Assembly: GCA_951406725.2 (NCBI GenBank)
Contig: OX597814.1
Span: forward strand, 134,292,001 to 134,356,000
Direction of reading: 5' to 3'
Origin: Octopus vulgaris
Lineage: Eukaryota
Length of the DNA stretch: 64,000 bases
Positions 1 to 13,011 of the stretch are shown here, piece after piece. The translations under genes were made by a program, and so were the position numbers. Under the pieces are notes generated by a model. The model did not search any database. It was not told the DNA's origin and saw nothing but the letters and a program-made list of their open reading frames with translations. Every line of letters begins with the position of its first letter. Positions within the stretch are counted from its first letter, which is position 1.

Positions 1-2600
1 TTTCGCAACCCCAAAAGAAAGAAAGATAACCCTGGTGGAAATGGCGATTACAGGGAGAGGCAGACCAGCTGCGAAAAGATCTTGCACAGGGTAGAGGTTC
101 TTAGCAACGGGGATAATATAAAGACTAGACTCCATGAAGCAATCCAAAGAAAGTACTAACTGTAACAAAAAGGATATAGAAGAGTAATGGAAGAATTAAA
201 ACAAAGGATAAAATCGAAAGCTGCCAAGATCACGAGATACAATAACAGGATTGCACAGTTTAGAGAAACTAAGTTCTTCGAACCAGATAAAATTAGATTT
301 TACAAGGAACTAAATGGAGATGTTACAATGGGCATATCGCCTAACAAGGAAGAGACAAAGGAATGCTAGAGAAACATTTGACGTCATGAAGTGAAATTCA
401 ATGGTGATACAGAATGGTTGAAAAAGATAAAAGCAAAGAATGCAGATTTGCCAAAGCAGAAAAATACGGAGATCACAGGAGAAAAGTTGAAAAATGTCTT
501 GATAGAGATGCCTAACTGGATTTTGGCTGAAACGTTTCACTGCGCATCATGATAGAATGAGAACACAAATAAATAATTGAATTGCGACAGGAGATTCTCC
601 TGAATGGATGACGAAAGGTAGGACGGTTCTGATACTGAATGATCAAAAATAAGGAAATATAGCAAGCAACTACCAACCAATAACTTGCCTTCTGCTGATG
701 TGAAAGTTGCTAACAGGTGTTATTACAGTAGATATATATAATTATCTTGGGGAGGGCGATCTACTGCCTGAAGAATAGAAAGGATGTAGAAAATGTTCTA
801 AAGGGATAAACTACCAATTATATATAGATCAGCGTGTCCTCCATGACATTATATGCAAGAAGGAAAACTTAGCAACTGCATGGATTGATTACCAAAAGGA
901 TAATCATGGTATTCCACATTCATGGATCCTAGGATGATTCAATATATCTGGGATGGCCGAGAATGTTGCCTAGCTCTTACAAAGTAGTCTACCAAAATGG
1001 AGGATTATAGTAACATCAGGACAAGGTAAATTAAGTGATGTCAGCATAAGTAGGGGAATATCCCAAGGTGATACGCTTTCACCACTGCTATTCGTGATTG
1101 CTCTTATCCCTCTTACATTGACCTTGAGAGGGGCTAAATCATGCTACGAATGTGGTGAGAAAATAAACCTGAAATTATTTGCCAAAAGTGAGAAAGCTTT
1201 AGATTCACTGCTTCCGACTGTTAGAGTTGTGAGTTGTGAGTAGATAAATTTACAGTGCTAGTGATAAAAAGACGAAAAATATCCAAGTCAAAAGGGATTA
1301 AACTCCCAGGTGAATCATCAATCCGAGCAATGAATGAGGGTGACAGTTACAAGTACCTAAGTGTATTAGAAGGAGATAGAATTCTCTGTCAATAAATGAA
1401 AGAGAAGGTAAGGAATGAATATCTCAGGTGAGTAAAAAAAGTGGTAAGCTCAAAACTGAATGGAGGGAAAAACATCTCTGCAGTAAACACATGGATGGTC
1501 TCTCTCTAATATGATATTCTGCTGCTTTCCTGAACTGAACCAAGGTAGAACTAAGAGACAAAGATTGTAAAACCAGAAAGACAATGTCCATGTACAGGTC
1601 GCTGCATCCCAGAGACAGTGTCGAGGGTGGGGAGAGGACTTATATCAATAAAAGACTGCGTAGAGATGGCATAGAAGAATGTGTGAGAAGCAACTCAGAA
1701 AGATTGATTTCACCTGCCAGAGGAGAGGAGAAAGAAGCTGTGACAAATACAACTGAATACAAGAAAAGAAGAAAACAGGAGCGAAAAAGAAATATCTGAA
1801 GAAAAGAACTACACGATCAGCATCTCAAACAAACGCAGGACGTCTTGGTTGTGGCTGAAAAATGGAGACCTCGAGAAAGAAAGAAACGGAAGGACTCATA
1901 ATGGCTACTCAAAGCCAGTCATTCCAGGCGAATATCATTAAGGCCTGAATAGATAAATCCGCGAAAAGTGCAAAATGCAGAGTATATAATGAGAAAAAGG
2001 AATGCTCATAGTAAGTTCCTGTAGTCTTTGGCACAGAAGGAATATAGACGCAGACACAACTGTGTGGCCGAGGCACGACACTGGGACATATTACAGCAAA
2101 GAGGATTTAAAGTAGGAAGAAAATGGTACCAACATCAACCAGAAAGTGCAATAAAGAACGATCAGTATAAGGTCTTATGGGATTTTAATGTACAGCAAAC
2201 TTCATGCAAGTCGACCAGCTATTATCGTTCTGGATAAGGTGGGGGAGAACACATCATCATATACGTGGCTATATCTGCGGATATTAATGTAGCGGTCAAA
2301 GAAGAGGAAAAAATAGGAAAATACCGGGATTTGACTAGAGAAATACAAAGAATGTGGAGGGTTTCTGCAAAACAAAAAATCCCAGTTGTTATAGGTGTCC
2401 TAAATATTATCACCAACAGATAGTTTCCTTATTGAGGTTGGTGTAACTACGATAGTGGCATTAATTCAGAAATTTACTCTTTTGAGAACAGCAAGGATTG
2501 TAAAAAAATCTCCTCGATATCTAAAGAAACTGATTGCGACACGTTATCAAAGACATTGATTCTGAATATAAAACATTCGTGCACAACACGAATAATATTT
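1..2600 (+). mobile_element. Decayed R4/Dong-like non-LTR retrotransposon (RT plus restriction-like endonuclease), cut by the window start
   Basis: Broken frames read YQPITCL, AWIDYQK, GISQGDTLSPLLFVIAL, YKYL, then the RLE-clade C-terminus YRRRHNCVA..HW and PES..ND.YKVLWDFNVQ; many stops and frameshifts. Confidence 0.85.
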
Positions 2601-2769
2601 AACGAGATTTTACTCTAGAATACTAAAATAAAAACATTTCATATGGAGTGCACATATAGTTGCTTATGTTTCCTGCTGCTACCTTTCTGTTTCCGTTTCT
2701 TCGGTGGGGAAGCCCAACAGCTGTGCGGCTTTGAGCCCTACATAACCTTGGCACAAACACAGTAATCAA

Positions 2770-3400
2770 AAACCTAGATCAGGACGGCACCCACAAATGT
2801 CTCAGGATAAATTAATGAAAGAGAGTAAGAGTCATTCTAAAGAGTAAGCTGAATACCAAAACTAGAATAAATGCTGTAAACACTCAGCAGTCTCAGCAGT
2901 AACTTAAAGCTTTAACATCATAAACTGGAACATAAACGAAATTAAACTGATACACACAAACGTCTAAAAGATATTCACATGCAGCGACAGTATCTTAGCG
3001 GATATTGATCATCCGTATCTGCAGAGAAGCAAAGGGGCCAGGAGAATGACAAGATTTGATCTATCATATAAAACAGCTTTAGGGAAGCTTATGTACCAAG
3101 GGTTCGCAAAATCTTGGATGTTTTAACAGGTTCAACAGTAGCAAAAAATACTGTAAAAATATACCACTGAATTCAATATAAACCTTGAAATAAGTGAAGA
3201 GGGAAAAACTGCTATCGAGTGTGTTAAAATCATCAAGCTGCTGGTGGAATAAATGGAAGACCGATGAAGACAAAAGCTTCTGCATCATTAGTATATGCTC
3301 CGAAGCAAAAATAACAATATAGACCAGGAAACAGCCCATCAATGGTTGAGGTGTTCAAGAATAAAAACAAAGACGAAAGGTTTCATATTGGCAACACATG
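2770..3400 (+). mobile_element. Second, diverged R4-like LINE fragment
   Basis: RVRVILKSKLNTKTRINAVNT and DQETAHQWL...KGFILA parallel the post-RT region of the first element. Confidence 0.6.
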
Positions 3401-3654
3401 CACCACAAAATTGGAGTGGTTCCATTCACCATAACCATTTTCTCCACTCTCACCCATATTATGACCGATTCACTAGAGAAGAGCACTTCTCTTTCCAACC
3501 TCTCTTTCCTATCCAAGTTGAACTTTAAAAAGTTGATGAGGTGGCGCTCCTATACTTGTACATTTTACCTCGAAACGTTAATGTTCTTCGGTAGCACAAC
3601 CAGGTCAATAATAAGCTTTTCAACTATAGGCACAATGCCTGAAATTTGTGGGAG

Positions 3655-3826
3655 CGGGGAATTGATTACACTGACCCCTATGCTCAACTGCTACTTATTT
3701 TATCGACCCCGTAAGGATAAACGCAAAGTCGACCTCAGTGGAATTTGAACTCAGAACGTAAAGGCGGACGAAATGCTGCTAAGCATTTTGTCCGGCGAGC
3801 TAACGATTCTGCCATCTTGCTGCCTT
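3655..3826 (-). mobile_element. tRNA-derived SINE with Meta-type central domain
   Basis: B box GAGTTCAAATTCC followed by GTCGACTTTGCG..ATCC..CGGGGTCGATAAA; same family as 9601-9832. Confidence 0.8.
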
Positions 3827-4599
3827 TGCTAAGTCGAAACAGAATAGCCAAGAAATCAACTCAAATTGCTTCATGACACTGCACTTCAAAATATTTTTTC
3901 ATGATCAATTTTAAACAATGACAAGTAAATTCATGGCATCTTTGTTTCATTATTGAAAGAGATTTGCAGGAAAGATTATGGCCCTCTCATACAAAACATA
4001 GCTTTATATCTAATCAAGATGAATCTTTATTATTTGTTTTATTTATTGTGTTAGCAGCAAACTTAGAAAAAGTATAAGCGTCAGACTATATTTTTCTAAA
4101 TCTTTCACTTGATATTTTTTTACATTCTGAGTTTAAGTCTACCGAAATCGACATCGCCTTTTTTAGGAACGGTGTCGATGAAATAAGAACAAATGACGTA
4201 TCAAAATCGAACTACTCCATTATGTTTTCCTTCTTTGTAAAAACTGATATTGTGCCAATTCAAAAAGGAAAATACCAGCACGGTAAAGTTGTTAGTAGAA
4301 TCGACCACATGATTTCAGAAATTAGTAGTAAACAACGAAAATTTGCTATCATTATACATTTATCCTTTTTCTTTTATTTTTTTCCTTTTTTCCCCCTTTT
4401 TTTAAGGTGTCCGTTAATTTCCGCTTCAAAAAATTTGGAAATAAGCTTTTAGCAGAAATGTTTTACTTGCGGTTAAGTGAGTTATATATTATCGAATAGG
4501 TTTAGTGGTGAAGAAAAGCAAATACTTTGACAGCATTTCTGTAAGCTAACAAGATGTCAGGAAAGACATAACGGCAAACTAATGTTAATACAGGATAAA

Positions 4600-5760
4600 G
4601 TTAACAAATATTTATAATACTGATTGAATTGATTTATATCCAATGATTTGTTCACTGTTTACCCTTACAAATCCTGAAGTTGATCGGATAGCGTTTACGA
4701 CTAAATTACAGCGATTAAACAGAACTAGCTCGCGTCTTGAAATTGTTGTGTTTAGAACGTAAGCTTTTAGCATCAAACATGCAAGGTTATTGACATATAG
4801 GAGAAATTTAAAATTCCTTTTCTCATGTGCTCGCCAGTATTGTTGTGTGGTATCGAATTATGGGCATTGCTCCAGGAAGATTTGGATCTGTTGTAAGTCT
4901 TTTAAAAGGAATGCCTTTGCCGAAAGAGTATTTAGTGTGAAATGAGTTATTCTATTGTTTCCAAGCAAACTAATTTAGAAGAACAAAGGCAGAAGATTCT
5001 AAATGGAATTCCATTTTAAATATCTGGTGGTACAGCAAGTTTGTTTTCCTCTGCATATAACTAAATACAGTAACTATTTTAACACTGTTGCATCTAATAT
5101 AACATTGGTCAAAGTACCATTTATATTTTGGTTTGATCCCCAATGATATTAAGATCGTATTTTTAAACTATATTTTGGATATTTCTCAGGAATTCCTACG
5201 CTTTGCTATTTAAGCAAACAATGCGCCGCCGTCAGCAAATATAAGATCGGTGATATATCCATTCTGGTCAAACTGTGTAACACATTCGGAATAGAAAATT
5301 TTAGCCATTATTGTATCGATGACAACATTTAATAATGTAAATGAGAGGGCATGGCCCTGTCTAACGTTATTCGGATTGGAAAATAGCCGGATGTTTTATC
5401 TTTAATTTCGACTGCACTGGCTGAAGCATCGTATATTTATTGCAGCGACCGCGTAAGATTCATACAACCTTAACAGCAATATATTTCCAGAAATCCGATG
5501 TGTGGACAAATAACAAATGCAACCTCGCGTCTATGAAAGCAATGATTACTCGTTTGTTACAGAGAATGCGTTCTTCCATAATTTGTCGAAATGTAAAAAT
5601 TAGTAGCCGCAATTTAGGTGACGTGTTAAAGTTTCCCTTGCAAGAGTATTTATAAAATAAACATAAAACACTTACCAACAGTTGACGATGAACTAAGTTC
5701 CAGTAATTATTATATGCACGTTTATCCACTTTAAAAAACCGCTACATTTCGTTCGAATTT
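4600..5760 (-). mobile_element. Old RTE-like LINE reverse-transcriptase remnant
   Basis: Minus strand reads IFTFRQIMEE...IIAFID and NVRQGHALSFTLLNVVID...ITDLIFAD(G). Confidence 0.7.
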
Positions 5761-5837
5761 TCCCACTAGTCTAGACAATGTATATAATAAATCTTTATAA
5801 TTTTGACACAATGCCAGAAATTTTCAAGAGAATGATA

Positions 5838-6659
5838 GGATCTTTTCCTTTTGAACGGCACATGTCAACACAATTTCTTGTTAACTAAACACTTTTAAAC
5901 TTCGTATGCTGGTAGGATGTGTTCATAAAACATCATTTTTTCTTGGCTTTATTGAGAAAATTCTATATGTTGTAACATATTTCTCTTTAATTTCAAGCAT
6001 TTCGGCAATTTTAACCAATCGCTGACCTCCATTTGGGGTGAAAACATTCCGTGCTGTATGAATATGTCCCTCGTTTAAGAAACGGATTGGGTTTATTTAC
6101 ATTTGTGAAGAAAAAAGGATACCCTTCCCCCACCCCTAACCCTAAATCTAAAATAGATTGAAATGCAATAGATCGATACTAGGGTTATAATTATGGGTGA
6201 CAATTTCATACGACACCGCTACGGAAAATGGGATTTTTTCTAGCAGTGTCAAATGAAAATGTCACCCATAATTATAACCCTAGTATCGATCTATGGCATT
6301 TCAATCAATTTTAGATTTCGGGTTAGATTTCGGGTTAGAGTTAGGGTTAGGGTTAGGGTTAGGGGTGAGGGAGGGGTATCTTTTTTCTTCGCAAATGTAA
6401 ATAAACCCAATCTGTTTCTTAAACGAGGGACATATTCATACAGCACGGAATGTTTTCACCCCAAATGGAGGTCAGCGATTGGTTAAAATTGCCGAAATGC
6501 TCGAAATTTCAGACGAAATATCTTACAAACTATAGAATTTTCTCAATAAAGCCAAGAAAAATTATGTTTTATAAACACATTCAACCAGTATACGAAGTTT
6601 AAAAGTGTTTAGTTAACAAGAAATTGTGTTGACATGTGCCGTTCAAAAGGAAAAGATCT
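5838..6659. mobile_element. Foldback MITE (Merlin-like) with about 400-bp inverted arms and internal TTAGGG repeats
   Basis: Termini GGATCTTTTCCTTTTGAACGGC / GCCGTTCAAAAGGAAAAGATCT; perfect 8-bp TSD GAATGATA (5830-5837, 6660-6667). Confidence 0.85.
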
Positions 6660-6684
6660 GAATGATAAGCTTATTACATCAATC

Positions 6685-7310
6685 TCAGTGCTTAACAGGT
6701 ACTTATTTTATCGACTCCGAAAGAATGAAAGGCAAAGTCGTCTTTGATGGAATTTGAACTCAGAAAGTAAGGAGTTGGAAGAAATGCTGTTAAACATTCT
6801 GTCCGACGTACAAAAGATTCTGCCAGCTCGCCGCCTTCCGACAAATAATAATAATCCTTTCTACTATAGGCACACGGCCTTAATTTTTTGGGGGGTGGGG
6901 GGGTCTGGTCAATTACATCGACAGCAGTGCTCAACTAGTACTCATTTCATCGACCCTGACAAGATGAAAAGCAAAGTCATCCTCGGTGGAATTTGAACTC
7001 AGAACGCAAAACCAGAAGAAATGCTGCTAAGCGTTTTGTCCAACGCGCTAACGATTCTGCCAGCTCATCGCCTTCAGACAATATATAATAATGGTTTCAA
7101 ATTTTTGACACAAACCAGCATTTCAGTGCTCAACTAGTATTTATTTTATCGACCCCGAAAGAATGAAAGATAAAGTTAACCTCGGCGGAATTTGAACTCA
7201 GAACCTGAAGGCAAAGTCGTCCTCGATGGAATTTGAACTCAGAACGCAAAACCAGAAGAAATCCCTCTTGGCATTTTACCCGGCGTGCTAACGATCCTGC
7301 CAGATCACAA
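6685..7310 (-). mobile_element. Head-to-tail cluster of three Meta-domain SINE copies plus a partial internal duplication
   Basis: Repeated GGAATTTGAACTCAGAA blocks at about 6750, 6990, 7190 and 7230; the full copies are separated by AATAAT tracts. Confidence 0.8.
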
Positions 7311-7449
7311 CCTAAGAAACAATATATAATAATGGATAGATACTTTGAAAGGTCAATGAATCGCCATAAATTTACCTACTTCGGATATTGTTCCATTAGT
7401 AACTTCATCTTCACCATTTTTCGATTCATCAACATAAACATAACTCTCG

Positions 7450-7856
7450 CTTTTTACTCTTTTACTTGTTTCAGTCATTTGACTGCGGCCATGCTGGAGC
7501 ACCGCCTTTAGTCGAGAAAATCGACCCAGGACTTATTCTTTGTAAGCCTATTATTTATTCTATCAGTCTCTTTTGCCGAAACGCTAAGTTACGGGGACGT
7601 AAACACACCAGCATCGGTTGTCAAACGATGTTGGCGGACAAACACAGACACAAACATTTACGCGCACACACACACATATATATATACGTATATACGACGG
7701 GCTTCCTTCAGTTTCCGTCTACCAAATCCACTCACAAGGCTTTGGTCGGCCCGAAGCAATAGTAGAAGAGACTTGCCCAAGATGCCACGCAGTGGGACTG
7801 AACCTGTAACCATGTGGTTGGTAAACAAACTACTTACACACAGCCACTCCTACGCC
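7450..7856 (-). mobile_element. Full-length tRNA-derived SINE (CORE-like centre, internal TA/TG microsatellite, CR1-like 3' tail)
   Basis: Head GGCGTAGGAGTGGCTGTG...GGTTCAGTCCC; CTTGGGCAAGT; tail GCTCCAGCATGGCCGCAGTCAAATGACTGAAAC(AAGTAAA). Other copies at about 8335-8540, 11430-11800, 21724-22045, 24915-25035, 35180-35350, 39700-39830 and 61250-61970. Confidence 0.85.
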
Positions 7857-8185
7857 TATACTCACAACTTATCATTTTTAAAAACTTTAAATTACGATGT
7901 ATCACCTGGACATGTGCCTCTTACAGATTTATTTTATAATGCAACTTGGAGAAGACCATTTCTTTTTCATTAGACGCATTTTAAATGTGAAATATTCTTG
8001 TTTGTTTTAGTTTTTCTACAAAACACAACGGCATTAAAAGTTCTTAATTACTGATGTTTTATTGCAATATAACCTAGCAAGCAGTAATACTTAAATTAAT
8101 TACATTGGTCTTAATTTTCTCTTGACCTGTAATAAGGATGAATTTCTATTGACAAAATATTCTAATTCAAATTTTGTTTGTTTGT

Positions 8186-8217
<32 letters not shown>

Positions 8218-8899
8218 GGTGGTGGTGGTTTGCAGTTTTTTTGCGAAGAGTGAAAAGTCAGAGTTAATTAAAATCTATTTAAGTAACTCTGACTTTTCAC
8301 TATCCAATCTGTTTCCATTACTTGTAACCTTTTAAGTTTTACTTGTTTCAATTATTGAACTGCGGCCGTGCTGGAGCACTGACTTCACGATTTTAGTCAA
8401 ACAAATCGACTCCAATACTTATTTTTTAAAATCTGCTACTTATTTAATCGCTTCATCATGCTGAACCGCTAAGTCATGGAGGCGTAAACAAACTAACACC
8501 GGTTGTCAAATGGTGCTGGTTGATAAACACAGACACTCATCTACAATTTTTTTTTGTTACTGTTGTTTTGATGTTATTCTATTGAAGGCTTTGTTTGCAC
8601 GAAAATACTTTAAGCTTAATAAAGGAGCCATTGTTTTGAGTGATTTGGAATGGGGAAAGGTAGCCTTCAAAACATGAAGGTATGATTTTGTTCTGCACTG
8701 ATACTCTAGGTATCCATGTCACCAAACACTGAAGAATAAATGTATTTTCTTGTTAATGTGTTTTAAGTGTTTGTATGGCGATGCAGTGTGCGTTGTGCAT
8801 GTAGGCAAAAATGTGTATGCGTATGTGTATGTGTCTGTTTGATTACGGCTTTCATCGCCCCGTGCGTGTGTATGTGTGTGTGTGGTAATGAAAGCTGTA

Positions 8900-10328
8900 G
8901 AGAAAAGTGGTTAGTCTATTAAGCTCATACATATCTAGAGATGAACTTGAATCCCCACATTGGTTGTAGTATCGTCAAATCACCTGCTCTTGACGAGGCA
9001 TGGTTGGTTGCAGCCATACTCTACCATACAGAGGAAGAAGCAGAAATTTTGAAAATGTCCAAAACTACGAAGGTGAACTTGTGGGGATACGGGCTAGAGG
9101 TGACAGTTCGTATAAGTCTGCCAGACCTCCATAAGATTGTGGGAGAGCTGGTTTTGCCGGATGAAACTAGATTGAGGTTTATTGTGGAGGGTAGACTGCC
9201 AATATGTTTTTGTGCGTGTGTGTGGAGTAAGGAGACATATGAAGATCAAGTGTCCTCAGAAACACAAGGTGGAAATAACAGAAAAAGAAATTCAAGAAGA
9301 AGAGGAAGAGAAAATGGAATAGCCATTTACGGTAGTGAAAAGAAAAAAGAACTTAGAATCACCACCAAAAAGCCCCAAGGAGAAAAAGAAAGACAAACGA
9401 AGAGGAGAATAAGAAATAAAAGAGAAAAAAATGGAAAACCAAATGAAAAATCAAGTGAAATGCGAACGCACAAACCGTCGCCTTCAACTAGCAAGGAAGA
9501 AGGAGTACGAAAGAAAGAAAGAAAAGAAAGAGACAGCGAATTAGAGACAGATACATTTATGACAGACAAAGAGAGTGGTAAATGATATCAGAGAACGATA
9601 AGGTGGCGAGCTGGTAGAAACGTTAGCACGCCGGGCGAAATGTTTAGCGATATTTCGTCTGCCGTTACGTTCTGAGTTCAAATTCCGCCGAGGTCGACTT
9701 TGCCTTTCATCCTTTCGGGGTCGATAAATTAAGAACCAGTTACGCACTGGGGTCGATACAATCGACTTAATCCGTTTGTCTGTCCTTGTTTGTCCCCTCT
9801 GTGTTTAGCCCCTTGTGGGTAGTAAAGAAATAGATATCAGAGAACGATACCTACAGGGAGAAACTTAAGAAACCTCGTAGTATATGAAAAAAGCGTCGAA
9901 ACTGAAAAGAGAGTAACAAAAATGAAAAATATTATCATAGTGAAAATGGCAAACCATGAAGGTAAGAAGGGTGTGCTGTTGGCGAGAGAAAGAGGGGAGT
10001 TGTTAGTAGAACTATTTGGGGAGAAAAAAGAGTTGAAATAATACCATATCAGTATAGATACGACGAGCTGTTGTATTTTTTGATGATATAAAGCATTTGT
10101 TGTAATTTTGTGTTAAGGAAAAGAAAGAAGACTGTAAAGTAAAACTGAAATTTAAAAAAACAGTAAAATGGAACTACCTACTTTGGTGGGTAGGAAAGAC
10201 ATTTCATTCTCATTTTAATTATATTCATAATTCATCCGATATGTATTTTCATGTACCCCAATGTAATGCTTTGTCTGTCCTTGTGCTGTCCCCTCTATGT
10301 TATGGCCGTAGTGCCAAAATAAAGTAAA
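8900..10328 (+). mobile_element. L1/Tx1-type ORF1 remnant followed directly by a 3' tail, interrupted by a SINE
   Basis: ORF 8941-9585 ...RFIVEGRLPICF; correcting the (TG)-slippage frameshift restores the zinc knuckle CF.CGVRRHMKIKCP; charged low-complexity region; tail TTTGTCTGTCC...CCCCTCTATGTT...AATAAAGTAAAG. Confidence 0.6.
9601..9832 (+). mobile_element. Young full-length Meta-domain tRNA SINE
   Basis: A and B boxes, GCCTTTCATCCTTTCGGGGTCGATAAA; perfect 17-bp TSD GATATCAGAGAACGATA (9584-9600, 9833-9849). Confidence 0.92.
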
Positions 10329-10708
10329 GTTGTTCAATTGGATTCTGGAAGCTATGATTGCCCGTTTAGTTTATGCACATTGTGATTTGTGTTAGGCATT
10401 TAGAGATTTATCTTATGCTCCAGGAATTCGCCAGAACTTTTGTCATATTTAAAATAATATCCGTGCCACATCTGAGTCCAAGGTTCAAAATCCAACGTTC
10501 GAAAACCGAATCTGTACTAAAATGGAAATTCAGATTTTATGAAATCCAAATTTTGGGAATCCATCTTTTTGAAAAACCAAATTTGTGAGGCCAGGTTTTG
10601 TGTGAGACAAATTTTGGTGAAACCAAAAATTGTGAATCCAGAGTTACGGATCCAAGTATGTGAAATCAAGTTGGTGAAGCTGGGATTCTGAGTCCGAATT
10701 TCTGAACT

Positions 10709-11128
<420 letters not shown>

Positions 11129-11612
11129 GTTACCTTTGCAAATATTTTGCCTGCACGTCTGGTATGGCATTGGTTTTTTTTTGTTCGTGTATATATTTGT
11201 TTTGTATGTAGGCTGTTTTTTTTTTTGCTGACAATTAATATTTTACAAAAAATATCATAGTGTGTTGTTGTTTTGGGTTCATCCTATCCTCGTTGATTCT
11301 GTAAATTCAGGTTATGGCCACAGGTCGTAACAATAGATAGATATGAAAGTGGAAAATGTGGGTAACGAGTTGGTGTAAGTAAAATTATTGGAATATATAA
11401 AAAAAACTATTTTTCATCTTTTAATTTTTTGTTTGTTTCAGTCATTGGACTGTGGCCATACTGGAGTAGAGCCTAGAAGGATTTAGTCGAATAAATGTAT
11501 CTCAGTTCTTATTTTTAAGTCTACTATTAATTCTATCAGTTTTTTGCCGAACTACTAGGTTACGGGAACGTAAACAAACCAACATCAGTTTTCAAGCGAT
11601 GGTGAGAGACAA

Positions 11613-11691
<79 letters not shown>

Positions 11692-11938
11692 GAGCTTCTA
11701 CACAGTTTTCGTCCACCGAATTCACTCACATTGTATTGATCGGCCTATGGCTACAACAGAAGACGCTTGCCCCAGGTGCCACGTTGTGGGACTGAACCCA
11801 ATATCAAAGCAATAGTCCGACAACTAGATAGCTCTAACATTTACTTGTCAAATGCAGTATAGCTAAATTTAAAAAACGAAACAGAGAGATATGTTTTATT
11901 GAGAATTCCCCCAGCCTGGTAAGCGGCCAGAAGAAAAT

Positions 11939-12354
11939 GGATCTTTTCGGTTTGAACGGCAGTTTTTTTCTAGCGGTGTCATATGAAATTGTCACCCATA
12001 ATTATGACCCTAGTATCGATCTATTGCATTTCAATCTGTTTTAGGGTTAGGGGTGGGGGAAGAGTATCTTTTTTTCTTCAGAAATGTAAATAAACCCAAT
12101 CTGTTTCTTAAACGAGGGACATATTCATACGGCACAGAATGTTTTTTTTACTTCAATAGATGTCAGTGATTGGTTGAAATTGCAGAAATTGAAGAAAAAA
12201 AAACAACAAATATCTTACAAACTACAGAATTTTCTCAATAAAGCCAAGAGAAAAAGATGTTTTATTTTGACACATTCTACCAGTATACGAAGTTTAACAT
12301 TTTTTAGTTACCTAGAAATTATGTTAAAAACTGCCGTTCAAACCGAAAAGATCC
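11939..12354. mobile_element. Non-foldback member of the same Merlin-like MITE family, with internal TTAGGG
   Basis: TIR GGATCTTTTCGGTTTGAACGGCAGTTTTT / AAAAACTGCCGTTCAAACCGAAAAGATCC; the body matches one arm of 5838-6659; TSD only degenerate (GAAAATG / GAAACTG). Confidence 0.85.
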
Positions 12355-12636
12355 GAAACTGTTAAGTAGTTCAATAAGCAAACACTACTAAATGTATTTA
12401 GTTGGGAAATATACATTAAGAAGTTGGGTGACGATTTTGATTGAAAAATTAAGCAGTGGAGCGAGTGCTATAAAGATGGGGTGACCGCTGGTGTGCGTGT
12501 TTCAAAAGTCGGTCGCTTTCACTGTATTTCATTTAAATTCAGTTACAAATGCTCTTGATAAAAGCTTAAAGACTTCAGATTTCATTTCCAGTTTCCCCTG
12601 ACACTTATATAAGTAATATGTTGTTGCTGATAAATC

Positions 12637-12862
12637 TATTTCTTTATTGCCCACAAGGGGCTAAACACAGAGAGGACAAACAAAGACAGACAAACGGATT
12701 AAGTCGATTATATCGACCCCAGTGCGTAACTGGTACTTATTTAATCGACCCCGAAAGGATGAAAGGCAAAGTCGACCCTCGGCGAAATTTGAACTCAGAA
12801 CATAACGAAATACGGCTACGCATTTCGCCCGGCGTGCTAACGTTTCTGCCAGCTCGCCGCCT
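12637..12862 (-). mobile_element. Young full-length Meta-domain tRNA SINE
   Basis: 18-bp TSD TGTTGTTGCTGATAAATC (12619-12636, 12863-12880); near-identical to 9601-9832. Confidence 0.92.
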
Positions 12863-13011
12863 TGTTGTTGCTGATAAATCAAAAGATATTAAATAGCTAA
12901 TCTGCGTAGTAGAAACTATTAAGATAGAAGCAGAATATATTTTTTTTTATTCTTGTACTAGTTTCAGTCATTGAACCGGTGTCACCTTACTACAATACTT
13001 AATAGAGTATA

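Noticed and set aside
6330-6365. Telomere or chromosome-fusion site suggested by TTAGGG repeats
   Set aside because: The repeats are short and lie inside a TSD-flanked MITE; the same holds at 12040 and 58065-58370.
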